Shown one piece after another: positions 50,001 through 58,292 of a stretch of 64,000 bases of DNA (within the stretch, counting starts at the first letter, position 1; each line of letters starts with the position of its first letter). The stretch is from Nitrospirota bacterium (GTDB taxonomy: Bacteria > Nitrospirota > UBA9217), in NCBI GenBank assembly GCA_963790205.1, contig CAWBNQ010000014.1, positions 256,001-320,000 on the forward strand, in the 5' to 3' direction. The translations under genes were made by a program, and so were the position numbers. Under the pieces are notes generated by a model. It made no database searches. It worked only from the letters and a program-made list of their open reading frames with translations, and had not been told where the DNA came from.

Positions 50001-50648
50001 CCCAATACCTTCGTTTCCTACGAGACCGTAGTAGCCCCAGTATTTATGGCCTCCGAATGAGCCTCCGGGGGTCGGCTCCACGACACTGAGGGTATGAGGC
50101 ACATCCGACATCTCCCACGACTGACTTTGAGTGAGCACGGTCTGGGGAGCTCCCAGATTGAAATAGCCGGTCAACGTGGTCCCCGTGGATCCGGTTTCAA
50201 AATCGTCAAAGAACTCGAAGGTGCTGCTGCCATTCGATATGCTGGCTGCGGACGCGTTGCCGTAATACAGGTACAGGGTCGTGTTGCCGACCGGAAGTGA
50301 AGGCGCCTTCACCCAGATGCTGGCACTCTTGTTGACGGAATCCCACTTCTCGATCCAGAAATTATTAATAAGGGTAGTGCCATCGCTGCCCGTGAAACGC
50401 ACATCGGAGCCATCGCTCTTTGCCTTGGTAAAGTCAAAGGAGTTGTCCAGCACGACATGCACCTGGAAGTCTGCCAGGTCCGTGCCGCCCGAATTGCCGA
50501 CGGTGACGGCAAGGCGACCGCTCCATGCCGGGTCATACCACGCGGCATGAACCTCTCCGGGGGCCAATAGCTGAACCGTCAATACCGAGACAAAAAACCA
50601 TAGGGCAATTAAAATATTCCTTCTCATATTGATTTCCTCCTTTGACAT
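47085..50648 (-). CDS. Secreted modular protein: DUF2341-like + beta-propeller + ConA-like + bacterial Ig-like repeats + dockerin-like domain
   Basis: Signal VHA-AW (likely start MRRN); full-length paralog of 42792-46277. Confidence 0.85.
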   Translation of the reverse strand: MSKEEINMRRNILIALWFFVSVLTVQLLAPGEVHAAWYDPAWSGRLAVTVGNSGGTDLADFQVHVVLDNSFDFTKAKSDGSDVRFTGSDGTTLINNFWIEKWDSVNKSASIWVKAPSLPVGNTTLYLYYGNASAASISNGSSTFEFFDDFETGSTGTTLTGYFNLGAPQTVLTQSQSWEMSDVPHTLSVVEPTPGGSFGGHKYWGYYGLVGNEGIGLAYSDDLTTWATYSSNPLSTDKRWPSVLMVGSTFYMLYEQGFGTDSSSIVLATSTDGINFTDVKTIVSGVSGFSNQNPNLFYDGSQYYIYWFKNQIGQPLNQIFARSAATPEDLDTASDVPVLQSYGILAAPNVLYYNGTFFLSTEIVDGSGNWGVQVYASDSATSGFSLLPGNPVLNNNSACMFQHVFGTQLHDYSCKLTGSTWTLEHRVADVTTRQQITEKAFDATKWSATGGTWGIVTDTQQDGSSGGVVQGFIGTNDIRQVLLSSYSGSDYVLEAYGKQILGRVWGLGVRATDQNDLAWINLYNDLDGTDNLYVYNLATASTNTFLASAATGTVDANTWYKLSVKSHGNAIDVYKDDVSILSTTDSSSLGSKIALYGEKEAVAEFNNVLVRKYAATEPSVAVIVDAIPPTVTGFTATTPSSSKNIPVTAFTADDGSGVGVGISGYMITQSATPPSVGDANWSGTPPATYTVASDGSYTLYPWAKDDAGNVSALFGSPRTVVVDTIPPTVTISSTGTGPTNTSPIPVTVTFSEVVTGFTGSDVVIGNGALDLVTAVSGTTYTFNVAPTNNGAVTIDIAAGVAQDAAGNGNTAATQFSRIYDTIAPVVTGFTATTPTGSVNIPITAFTATDSVGVTGYMITTSATPPLPGAAGWSGTPPTTYTVAGDGSYTLYPWAKDAAGNVSAVSGLAQTVVVDTIVPTVTISSTAPNPTNTSPIPVTVTFSKPVTGFDSGDVTIGNGTLGLFTAVSGTTYTVTVLPINNGAVTIDIAAGVAHDAANNGNAAATQFSRTYDTIAPTVAIGAPSSSTTKSGPVTFTVTYTGADSVSLVAGNVTLNKTGTADGTVAVTGSGNGTRTVTISNITGNGTLGISIAAGSASDQAGNVAAAAGPGTAFTVDNADGDLNGDGIVDMTDALKVLRIAAGLDTPTASDIAHGDVAPLVSGVRHPDGKIDLGDVVAILRKAALLPSW

Positions 50649-50744
50649 CCTGGAATGGTTGTTATGCGTACTATGGCATACACGATAGTGCAGAAGTGAT
50701 TGGGCGCAATGAGCAAATGTACAGATACAGATCTGGGAGGCAGG

Positions 50745-51512
50745 TTAACGAGTCGTAATGGATCCAAACCGTCTGACCAGCATTAATCGCAGCGTATTGA
50801 TCACCGTTCGACCGACCTTCATGCTGGAACTTCCCCTCTTGAAGTCGTACCGCAATATCATCGGGACCTCCCCGACGATGGGATCGAACCGCCTGAGCTT
50901 GATAAGAATGTCGGACATGCACTGAAATCCCTGCTGATCGATGAATTTGTCCCCATATTCTCCAAAGGCCCTGCGGAGCAGGTCCGCGCGATAGGCCCTG
51001 AAACCGCACGTGTAATCCCGGGTCCCTCTCATGGGGAAGACGGTCCTCATCATCATGCTGGCTCCCACACTCGTCAACCTGCGCAGCCAGCTCAATCCGA
51101 CCACCCGTGCGCCGTCCCTGAACCGCGAGGCGATGACGATGTCGTGTCCTTCAAGCACCTTCTGCACCATCGAGGGGATCAACCCGGCGGGCTGCGTATT
51201 GTCCGCATCCATGGTGATGACGATATCCCCGGGCTTCGCTTCGTTCACCGCTTTCTGGAGAGCATCCCTGATGGTCGGACCCAGGCCCTGATTCTGCTCA
51301 TGCACCACGATCTCCAGGGGGATCTTCTTTGCATATTCCCTCAGGATATTCCGTGTCTGATCAACGCTGCCGTCATCCACAACGACATACAGGCGATCGA
51401 ACCCATAGCCCAGCGCCAGGCCGATGACATTCTCGAAGGTGTCCAGCAATGCGCCGATATTGAGGGCCTCGTTATATGCGGGCAACGCAATGATGATCCT
51501 GGGTCTGCTCAT
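50745..51512 (-). CDS. Polyprenol-phosphate glycosyltransferase (DPM1/GtrB-like GT2)
   Basis: LPAYNEA, DDGSVD, NQGLG, TMDAD, IASRF, RDYTCGFRAYR; probable start MSRPR at 51512. Confidence 0.88.
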   Translation of the reverse strand: MSRPRIIIALPAYNEALNIGALLDTFENVIGLALGYGFDRLYVVVDDGSVDQTRNILREYAKKIPLEIVVHEQNQGLGPTIRDALQKAVNEAKPGDIVITMDADNTQPAGLIPSMVQKVLEGHDIVIASRFRDGARVVGLSWLRRLTSVGASMMMRTVFPMRGTRDYTCGFRAYRADLLRRAFGEYGDKFIDQQGFQCMSDILIKLRRFDPIVGEVPMILRYDFKRGSSSMKVGRTVINTLRLMLVRRFGSITTR

Positions 51513-51558
51513 ACGGTAATCTCCTTCCCGGCGACTCGCGACCGTGTGCGGGTCAGCG

Positions 51559-52719
51559 TCATGCATGAAGTCTTGTTTGACCATTGCCGTCAAAGGCGCG
51601 TTCCAGCACCTCAAGAATCCTTTTCGACGCCAGGCCGTCCCCGTAGGGATTATCGCCTGTCGCCATCCGGCTGTAATGATCGGGATCGTTCAGCAAAGCG
51701 AAGGCCTCTCGAACGATGGTTTCCCGGGACGTTCCAACCAGCCTGGTCACCCCCCGGTCCACCCCCTCGGTCCGTTCCGTGACTTCCCTCATCACCAGCA
51801 CCGGCTTGGAAAGCGAAGGCGCCTCTTCCTGTACTCCGCCGGAATCGGTAAGGATGATGTACGACCTGTTCATCAAATAGATCATGGTGGGATAATCGAC
51901 GGGTTCTATGAGATGAATATTCTTCCTGTTGCCGAGTATGCGAAATACCGGTTCCCTGACATTGGGATTGAGATGCACCGGGTAGATGATCTCGACCCGA
52001 TCATCCTGAGCTATCTCGCGCAATGCAGAGCATATGCTTTCAAATGGGCTGCCAAAACTTTCTCGACGGTGGCCGGTCACCAGGAGTATTTTTCTTGAGA
52101 AATCGATGTCCTTCAGTGCCGGGGTGATATGTTCCATACTCATGGTGTTTACTTCCTTTAGCCCCAACAGGAGCGCATCGACGACCGTATTGCCCACGAC
52201 ATATATCTTCTCACGGGAAATTCCCTCCTTCAGCAGGTTGCTCGCGGCCCGCTCGGTGGGCGCAAAATGGTAATCAGAGAGATGGGTCGCCAGCACCCTG
52301 TTGACCTCTTCCGGATAGGGGGAGAACCGCACATTGCTCCTCAGCCCTGCTTCGATATGCGCGACGGAGATCCTGTGATAGAATGCGGTAAGGGCGCCGA
52401 TCATGGTTGTCGTCGTGTCGCCTTGAACAATGACCAGGTCCGGTTTCACCTCCTCCATCACCGTGCCAAGGGACCGCAGGGTACAGGACGCAAGCTCATG
52501 GAGGGTCTGGTTCCGCTGCATGAGATGGAGGTCGTAGTCAGGAATCAAGTGGAAAAAATCCAGGACCTGCTGCAGCATTTCCTGATGCTGGCCTGTTGAG
52601 CACACCCGGGTAATAAAGCGGTCCGATGCCCTGGCTTGATGGATGAGGGGCGCCAGCTTGATCGCTTCCGGACGTGTTCCAAAAATGAAGAGGATCGTCG
52701 GCATTTTATCTCCGTTCAA
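51559..52719 (-). CDS. wecB: UDP-N-acetylglucosamine 2-epimerase (non-hydrolysing)
   Basis: FGTRPEAIK, TGQH, VQGDTTT, HIEAGLRS, TGHRRESFG, TDSGGVQEEAP, NPYGDG. Confidence 0.96.
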   Translation of the reverse strand: MNGDKMPTILFIFGTRPEAIKLAPLIHQARASDRFITRVCSTGQHQEMLQQVLDFFHLIPDYDLHLMQRNQTLHELASCTLRSLGTVMEEVKPDLVIVQGDTTTTMIGALTAFYHRISVAHIEAGLRSNVRFSPYPEEVNRVLATHLSDYHFAPTERAASNLLKEGISREKIYVVGNTVVDALLLGLKEVNTMSMEHITPALKDIDFSRKILLVTGHRRESFGSPFESICSALREIAQDDRVEIIYPVHLNPNVREPVFRILGNRKNIHLIEPVDYPTMIYLMNRSYIILTDSGGVQEEAPSLSKPVLVMREVTERTEGVDRGVTRLVGTSRETIVREAFALLNDPDHYSRMATGDNPYGDGLASKRILEVLERAFDGNGQTRLHA

Positions 52720-52743
52720 CGCCGGCCTTCGGCGCAGCTCGCT

Positions 52744-53682
52744 TCAATAACCCCTCTCCAGGTTCGCTTTTTTAAGACTGCGAACATTGATCAGCATCAG
52801 GACGGCGCCTATGGCGCCGGGAAGCACGATCAGCGTCAGGTTCACGATCATCGACGCCGCCAGCGTGAGGTGTTTCTCTATGCCGACTCCTCCCAACAGT
52901 TGCACCATAAGCGCGTCGGCCGATCCAAGCCCCGAAATGGATATGGGGAGCATGCGGAGTATGTTGATCAAAGGAGCTATGGCAAACGTGTAGCCCATCC
53001 CAATATGGGCCCCTACGGCCCAGACCGCAAGAAAATACATCAGGTTCGTGATCATCCATCCCACGATGGATATGATCAAAGCTCCGAAAAAGGTCGGTAG
53101 GCTCATATGAAAGGACCGCAAGAGAAGCTCGACATCAAGGTTCCTGTGCAACACTCTCTTCGCGAGCACCGCCAGCATCTTCCACAGCCAGCGGACGGGA
53201 ACCAGGAGAATGATGCCCGCAGGAACGGTCAGCGCCGCCGCCAGGAGGGCAAGCTTCGTATCCCCGGAGAAAAATCCCCCGATCGCCCCAAGCAGGAATA
53301 ACGAGAAGAGCGCCACAACCTTGTCCGAGAGCGACGTTGCCAGCATTTCCTCTTTATGGCCGTACTGTTGCCAGCCGTAATAGCTGCGGACCACATCGCC
53401 TGCGCTGGCGGGAAGGAACAGGTTCAAGGCCATCCCGATGAACGTTGCATTTGTTATGGAAGCCAGAGAAACCGGGATTCCCCTGCGGATCAACAGATAG
53501 TACCATCTCCACGCCCGCGCCAGTACGGCCGGGACCATAATCGCAGTTATTAAAGCTATGGATGAGTAACTGGCTCCCTTTAAGGAATCAGCTAATTGTT
53601 CCGGCGACACCATCCGGAACAACCACCAGAAGCAGGCAAAAGAGCCTAATGCCTGAATCAGAAATCGCGCCCGGTTATTCAT
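52744..53682 (-). CDS. Flippase-like membrane protein (lysylphosphatidylglycerol synthase TM / AglD-type)
   Basis: RAWRW..L, N..LP...GDVVR, LPISISGLG; multiple TM helices. Confidence 0.85.
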   Translation of the reverse strand: MNNRARFLIQALGSFACFWWLFRMVSPEQLADSLKGASYSSIALITAIMVPAVLARAWRWYYLLIRRGIPVSLASITNATFIGMALNLFLPASAGDVVRSYYGWQQYGHKEEMLATSLSDKVVALFSLFLLGAIGGFFSGDTKLALLAAALTVPAGIILLVPVRWLWKMLAVLAKRVLHRNLDVELLLRSFHMSLPTFFGALIISIVGWMITNLMYFLAVWAVGAHIGMGYTFAIAPLINILRMLPISISGLGSADALMVQLLGGVGIEKHLTLAASMIVNLTLIVLPGAIGAVLMLINVRSLKKANLERGY

Positions 53683-53749
53683 GATAACTTACCATTGGAT
53701 TTTCGATGCGGTTGCCTTTACGACAGGTCATATTTCCTAAATTTACTCC

Positions 53750-55423
53750 CTAATTGAACTTAAAAACGCTTATCTCTCCGAAAGGCTGCGTGAAAATGAG
53801 ACCCCTCTTCTGCTGTAAAAAGTTGTACACGATTCTGTCTTGATCGTAGAGATCTTCCCGCCTGGTAATTAACCATACCGGTGATTTCTCTGCAATCACG
53901 CTGCTTATCACGGGAATATCAGCAGGTCGTATACGTGAATCGAGACGCTCCAAAGCGATTCCTGAGTAGGACATTGGAAGCGGCAAAGGACTTATTTGAA
54001 GATTCTTGTTGGTAGTTCTCTTCGCGTAATATGAAAAAGGGACTTCGAGATAATTTGGAACAAACAACACAACATCTCCCCTGGCTTGCTGAACCACGGT
54101 CTGTGCAATCCTGTCCCAGGGTTCCTTCTTTTCCTTTTCATCCTTCACGTGATAGACATACGACCCGCTCAGGAAAAAGAGCGAAATTATGATTGTGGCA
54201 AGAACACGTTTCCTTGAATCGCGCAGCATCATGATCCCTGCAGCAACGGCTATAAAGAAAGGCACACTCACATATATAAGCGTCCTCGCAAGAAAGATCG
54301 GCCTGAACGTTAAACTGAACAGGAGTTCCATCAGAATTGGTCCGACTATTGCGCCAAGAATAAGGAGAGAGACATATTTGCCGGAACGTCTCCGGATATT
54401 CAGCAACCCCGCTGTGGCAAGGGTGATGAGAAACACAAAAGCACCTGCCCTGAGAAGCTCGTTTACCATTGAGGTGGTCCATGGGATCGAATGTCCACGG
54501 AGGAACCAGGCAACTGTCTTGATCTCATTTAGCACGGTGGTCCATGAGATCGAGGTCCCAAAGAGAAGCCAAACAACGGTATCAATTGCGGACAGGGCCG
54601 TTGGTTTTGAAATCGGAAGGCTCGTACTCATTGTTTGGGGTATAAGAAAGATCAGGTACGGACCCCACAGCAAGAATACAATAAAGGCAATCCCTGCAAT
54701 ATTGATAAGGAAAGTTTTATTAAACCTTAGTTGAAAGAAAAACCATGCCAGCATAATCAAGGATAGCGTAACAATGTATAAGATTGAGGTACTGTGGAGC
54801 CAAAGAGTAAACGTTACGGCGACTATTATGGTCATCCAGGGCAGGAACTTAAACCACCCGCTTCCCTTTGCGGGGTTCTGTTTCGGGTCGGACGATTTTC
54901 TGATTATGGGTTCGCAGGCTTCTGCCGGGTGGCGCATGATCCAGAGAAATGCACATAATGTCAAAGTTGCTGCAAACGTGAGCATCGCATATGGCCGGGC
55001 CTCCTGGGCATATTCGATATGCACGGAAAACACAGCAAACAGTAATGCTGCTATTGCACCTACCCAGCCCCCTTCAATAGATTCCCCCATGAGCCTGCCG
55101 AGCATGAAGACTAAGGGGATGCATCCTATGCTCATTACCGCGGACAAGCTTCGTAATCCTGCTTCACTTGACCCGAATAAGCTCCTCCAGATTTTTAAAA
55201 TCGTGTAATAGAGTGGAGGGTTTGTTTCAAATTTAGCTATAATGGTCCAAAGCTCGGGAATCGTTTTGCTTGAAAACCAATAACTCGCGGTTTCATCAAC
55301 CCAAAGCGATTGCTGACCAATTTGATAGAATCTGAGGAAGCAGCCCAGTATGATCGAGAACGCCAGCAGGTAACGATATTCGATCCGCCTTCCTTGGACC
55401 ATTGGCATGTCTTCGGATTTCAT
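53750..55423 (-). CDS. GT-C membrane glycosyltransferase (GT39/PMT_2/ArnT-like)
   Basis: LR....GQQSLWVDE, NPPLYY.IL, SEAGLRSLS, YAQEARPYA; many TM helices and a periplasmic tail. Confidence 0.88.
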   Translation of the reverse strand: MKSEDMPMVQGRRIEYRYLLAFSIILGCFLRFYQIGQQSLWVDETASYWFSSKTIPELWTIIAKFETNPPLYYTILKIWRSLFGSSEAGLRSLSAVMSIGCIPLVFMLGRLMGESIEGGWVGAIAALLFAVFSVHIEYAQEARPYAMLTFAATLTLCAFLWIMRHPAEACEPIIRKSSDPKQNPAKGSGWFKFLPWMTIIVAVTFTLWLHSTSILYIVTLSLIMLAWFFFQLRFNKTFLINIAGIAFIVFLLWGPYLIFLIPQTMSTSLPISKPTALSAIDTVVWLLFGTSISWTTVLNEIKTVAWFLRGHSIPWTTSMVNELLRAGAFVFLITLATAGLLNIRRRSGKYVSLLILGAIVGPILMELLFSLTFRPIFLARTLIYVSVPFFIAVAAGIMMLRDSRKRVLATIIISLFFLSGSYVYHVKDEKEKKEPWDRIAQTVVQQARGDVVLFVPNYLEVPFSYYAKRTTNKNLQISPLPLPMSYSGIALERLDSRIRPADIPVISSVIAEKSPVWLITRREDLYDQDRIVYNFLQQKRGLIFTQPFGEISVFKFN

Positions 55424-55448
55424 TCTCTTCTCCGTTGGCCTGCAGGTA

Positions 55449-56594
55449 TCAAAGCCCCAGGTACCGGGCTATGATGTTTCTCTGGATCTCCGAGGTCCCG
55501 GAATACAGAGTGCCCCCGATGGCATCCCGGAGGTCGCGTTCCACTTCGTATTCCGTCGTATAACCGTACCCGCCGTGGATCTGAATGGCATCGAGACAGG
55601 AATGCACCCAGGACTCGCTCAGGTATAATTTTGCAAGAGCTGCATCCATGGCTGCTTTCCCGCGGGCCTGTTTCGTCCATGCCACTTTGTACAGAAGGAG
55701 CCTGGCGGTTTCCATCCGCACCTTCATGTCCACGATTTTGTTGGCAATGGACTGGTACTTTCCGATCGACTTGCCAAATTGCTTTCGTTCCTTGGAATAC
55801 CTGATGCATTGCTCCAGCTGCCGCTCCATCCCACCCAGCAGGCTGGCCAGGATGCAGCCCCGTTCCCATTCCACGGTGTCTTCGAAGATCGCCGCGCCGT
55901 TCCCCTCCTTGCCGAGACGGTTCTCCACGGGCACCTTGCAGTCCTCCAGGATCAGCTCGGCCATGGGTGCGGTCCGTAAGCCCATTTTCTCGATGTCCCT
56001 TCCTACACGGAACCCGGGGAAACCTTTCTCCACAAGAAAGGCGGTGACGCCCATGAACCCCTTGCGTTTATCCACCGTGGCAAATACTATAAAAAGATCG
56101 GCCACGGGCGCCGAGGTGCAGAATGTCTTCGTGCCGTTCAGGACATAATGGTCGCCATCCAGCTTTGCCATGGTCGTCATGCTGAAGGCATCGGAGCCTG
56201 CGTCCGGCTCCGTCACGCCGTTCGCCCCGACCAGTTCGCCACTGCAGAGCCGGGGCAGGTATTTGTCCTTTTGCGCGTCCGTGCCGAACCTCAGGATCGG
56301 CATCTGCACGGTCCACATCTGGCCGTTGATCGCGAAGATCAGGCCGCTGTCCTTGCACCCGTATCCCAGGCCCTCCATCAGGAGCATGGTGCTGAAGATA
56401 TCGGCGTTCAGCCCGCCGTACTGCTCGGGAAATGCTGAGCCCTGGATGCCGAATTCGGCGCACTTTTTCCAGAGCTCGCGGGAGAAGATGCCGCACCGGT
56501 CCCGTTCAATGACATCGTCGTTCAGCGCCTTTTGAGCAAACTGGATGGCGCTTTTTTTGAACTCCAACTGTTCTTCGCTGAATTCGAAATCCAC
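55449..56594 (-). CDS. Acyl-CoA dehydrogenase family protein, L-prolyl-carrier protein dehydrogenase-like (AnaB/PltE/RedW)
   Basis: W.KCAEFG, EGLGYGCKDSGLIFAIN...W...MPIL.FGT..QK.KYLP.LC.G, TEPDAGSD, ER.QFG, IHGGYGY, SGTSEIQR; the LGYGC.D.GL.F block matches that subfamily as recalled. Confidence 0.85.
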   Translation of the reverse strand: MDFEFSEEQLEFKKSAIQFAQKALNDDVIERDRCGIFSRELWKKCAEFGIQGSAFPEQYGGLNADIFSTMLLMEGLGYGCKDSGLIFAINGQMWTVQMPILRFGTDAQKDKYLPRLCSGELVGANGVTEPDAGSDAFSMTTMAKLDGDHYVLNGTKTFCTSAPVADLFIVFATVDKRKGFMGVTAFLVEKGFPGFRVGRDIEKMGLRTAPMAELILEDCKVPVENRLGKEGNGAAIFEDTVEWERGCILASLLGGMERQLEQCIRYSKERKQFGKSIGKYQSIANKIVDMKVRMETARLLLYKVAWTKQARGKAAMDAALAKLYLSESWVHSCLDAIQIHGGYGYTTEYEVERDLRDAIGGTLYSGTSEIQRNIIARYLGL

Positions 56595-56726
56595 AATGCC
56601 ACCTCCTTCCGCACCCTTGTTGCTGGAATAGCCCTTTCAACCTGCCGGGCGTGCTCCCGGACCCGCCGGCATCTCAGGGAGATATTACCAATATTGCCCC
56701 TGTTGTGCATCGTGTTATGGCTATTT

Positions 56727-57746
56727 TCATCTTCTGTATGAACTGTTATTCGAAAGACGTTTCAAAAATGTTTTAACTGCAGAGAAGAATATGAACGAAT
56801 CATGTTCTTTTCCGGATTCCTGGTATTCTTCAATAATATTTTTATAATAACCCTCAAAAAAGAATTGAGCGTTTATATTATAAGACGCTGCCATTTTTTT
56901 TACTCTTGTTGCCATTTGCAGTGTACTTTGAGAAACGGTCTTTGTACTTACCTCGTCAAAATTTAAGGAAAACATAACGTTGCTGCACTTAATGTCTTGA
57001 CATAATTGCAGGAAATTTGCTACTTCATCTTCTCTATCATTGTCTTTAAATAAAATATATTTTAACCCGACATTACTCGCATTATTTGAACAAGCAACGT
57101 AGTTTTTAATGTTATTAACGACAGTATGAAACTTGTCTACGCCATGTACGATCTTATAAACGTCGAGAGTCCCGCAATCCAGGCTTATACAAATTGTACA
57201 AGCGCCAACCTTAAGTAAGTTGGCAATTTGTTCCGAAAATACGATAGCATTGGTATTGACAGACTGTTTCTTATTTTTTAAAAATATATATTCGCTGGTA
57301 TCCTTAAATTCCGGGAGTATGGTTGGTTCGCCGCCTCCCCAATGAAAATAGGCATTTTCATGAAGAATGTTCGATTCCAAAAGATCTACAATGGTCGGAT
57401 AAATATTGTATGAAGGGGAGGGGTGTTTCCAAAAGTCACAGTAAACACACTTGGCATTACAAATAGATCGTTGATGGTTTATAGCAACATTCCGTATTTG
57501 CATTGATTGGCTTGGTTGTTCCTTGTCTTGTAACAACGGGCATTTATTACAAGGTCCTTCATTGTTCTGATTCGCTTCAGAAGCAATTGAAAGGGCCTTT
57601 CTATATTGATCTAAAGGGAATTTCCCTCCAGAATACGACACATGAGGCGGGACGATCCTCAAAATGTCACAGCACGGTTGAATCCGGTCAGGTTCAATGT
57701 TCAGGTTAGTGTAAAAAAGCTCACAATATTTCATTGCATCCTCCAT
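56727..57746 (-). CDS. Radical SAM protein with N-terminal Cys-rich (SPASM/twitch-like) segment
   Basis: CNAKCVYC, GGGEPT, NTNA, ISLDCG; N-terminal C...PCC...CNKC; visibly AT-rich relative to flanks. Confidence 0.85.
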   Translation of the reverse strand: MEDAMKYCELFYTNLNIEPDRIQPCCDILRIVPPHVSYSGGKFPLDQYRKALSIASEANQNNEGPCNKCPLLQDKEQPSQSMQIRNVAINHQRSICNAKCVYCDFWKHPSPSYNIYPTIVDLLESNILHENAYFHWGGGEPTILPEFKDTSEYIFLKNKKQSVNTNAIVFSEQIANLLKVGACTICISLDCGTLDVYKIVHGVDKFHTVVNNIKNYVACSNNASNVGLKYILFKDNDREDEVANFLQLCQDIKCSNVMFSLNFDEVSTKTVSQSTLQMATRVKKMAASYNINAQFFFEGYYKNIIEEYQESGKEHDSFIFFSAVKTFLKRLSNNSSYRR

Positions 57747-57748
57747 GC

Positions 57749-57834
57749 TTTTTGTTCATTAGAGCAGAATCTCAGTATCGGCATCTGCACAGTCCACTTC
57801 CGGCTGCTGATCGCGAAAATCAAGCCGCTGTTCT
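57749..57834 (-). pseudogene. Relic fragment of a second copy of the acyl-CoA dehydrogenase gene
   Basis: SGLIFAISSRKWTVQMPILRFCSNEQK versus SGLIFAINGQMWTVQMPILRFGTDAQK at 56269-56354; DNA aligns without gaps. Confidence 0.85.
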
Positions 57835-57941
57835 TTCCCAAAGAAATGCCGGCAGGAATCCGGGAGCATGTCCGGCGGTTGAAAGGGCTATTCCAATTGA
57901 TCGTCGGACAATGAGTGCAGGGCCTGGACCACTGGCGAAAA

Positions 57942-58193
57942 CTACTTGTTCTGCATCTTCTGTTCGACAAACTTGACCATGCTGTTAAGACTTTGAAAGT
58001 TCTCGGGGACCACATCCTCGTCCCTCACCTTTATGCCGTGGGCCTTCTCCAGAAAAACCACCAGCTTCAGGATTCCCATTGAATCGATGATCCTTTGTTC
58101 GAGAAGGTCCTCATCAGGGTCCAGTGACTGCTTGCCAAAGTCAGCGGCTATCTCCGTAAGCAGGAACTTTTCGATATTTTTTGAAGTCGTCAT
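57942..58193 (-). CDS. Acyl/peptidyl carrier protein
   Basis: 83 aa, acidic; LLEQRIIDSMGILKLV.FLE...GI......ENF.SL, with phosphopantetheine Ser in DSM; SD GAGGAGG. Confidence 0.92.
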   Translation of the reverse strand: MTTSKNIEKFLLTEIAADFGKQSLDPDEDLLEQRIIDSMGILKLVVFLEKAHGIKVRDEDVVPENFQSLNSMVKFVEQKMQNK

Positions 58194-58292
58194 CGGAATA
58201 CCTCCTCACCTTGCTCTCATTTTGTCGATTCTCACTGCTGAACTCTTTTTGGGATTCAATTCCTGCCCAACTGACGGGAAATTCTTCACTGC

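Larger units (their letters stand above)
56624..57895. mobile_element. 1.27-kb segment bounded by ~53-bp imperfect inverted repeats (56624-56675 and 57843-57895)
   Basis: The outer 19 bp, tggaatagccctttcaacc, are a perfect reverse-complement match; no transposase and no evident target duplication. Confidence 0.5.

Noticed and set aside
20239..50550. Many plus-strand ORFs rich in Val/Pro/Ala (e.g. 37931-38794, 29375-29926, 32266-33243, 45402-46259)
   Set aside because: Antisense shadows of GC-rich, Thr/Gly-rich repeat genes; no independent motifs.
57731..58015. 94-aa ORF as a real gene
   Set aside because: Overlaps the carrier gene out of frame; it is a composite of spacer, IR and dehydrogenase relic.
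36319..58193. dlt-type D-alanylation system
   Set aside because: No DltB-like MBOAT or DltD in the window, and a prolyl-PCP-type dehydrogenase accompanies the carrier; not formally excluded.
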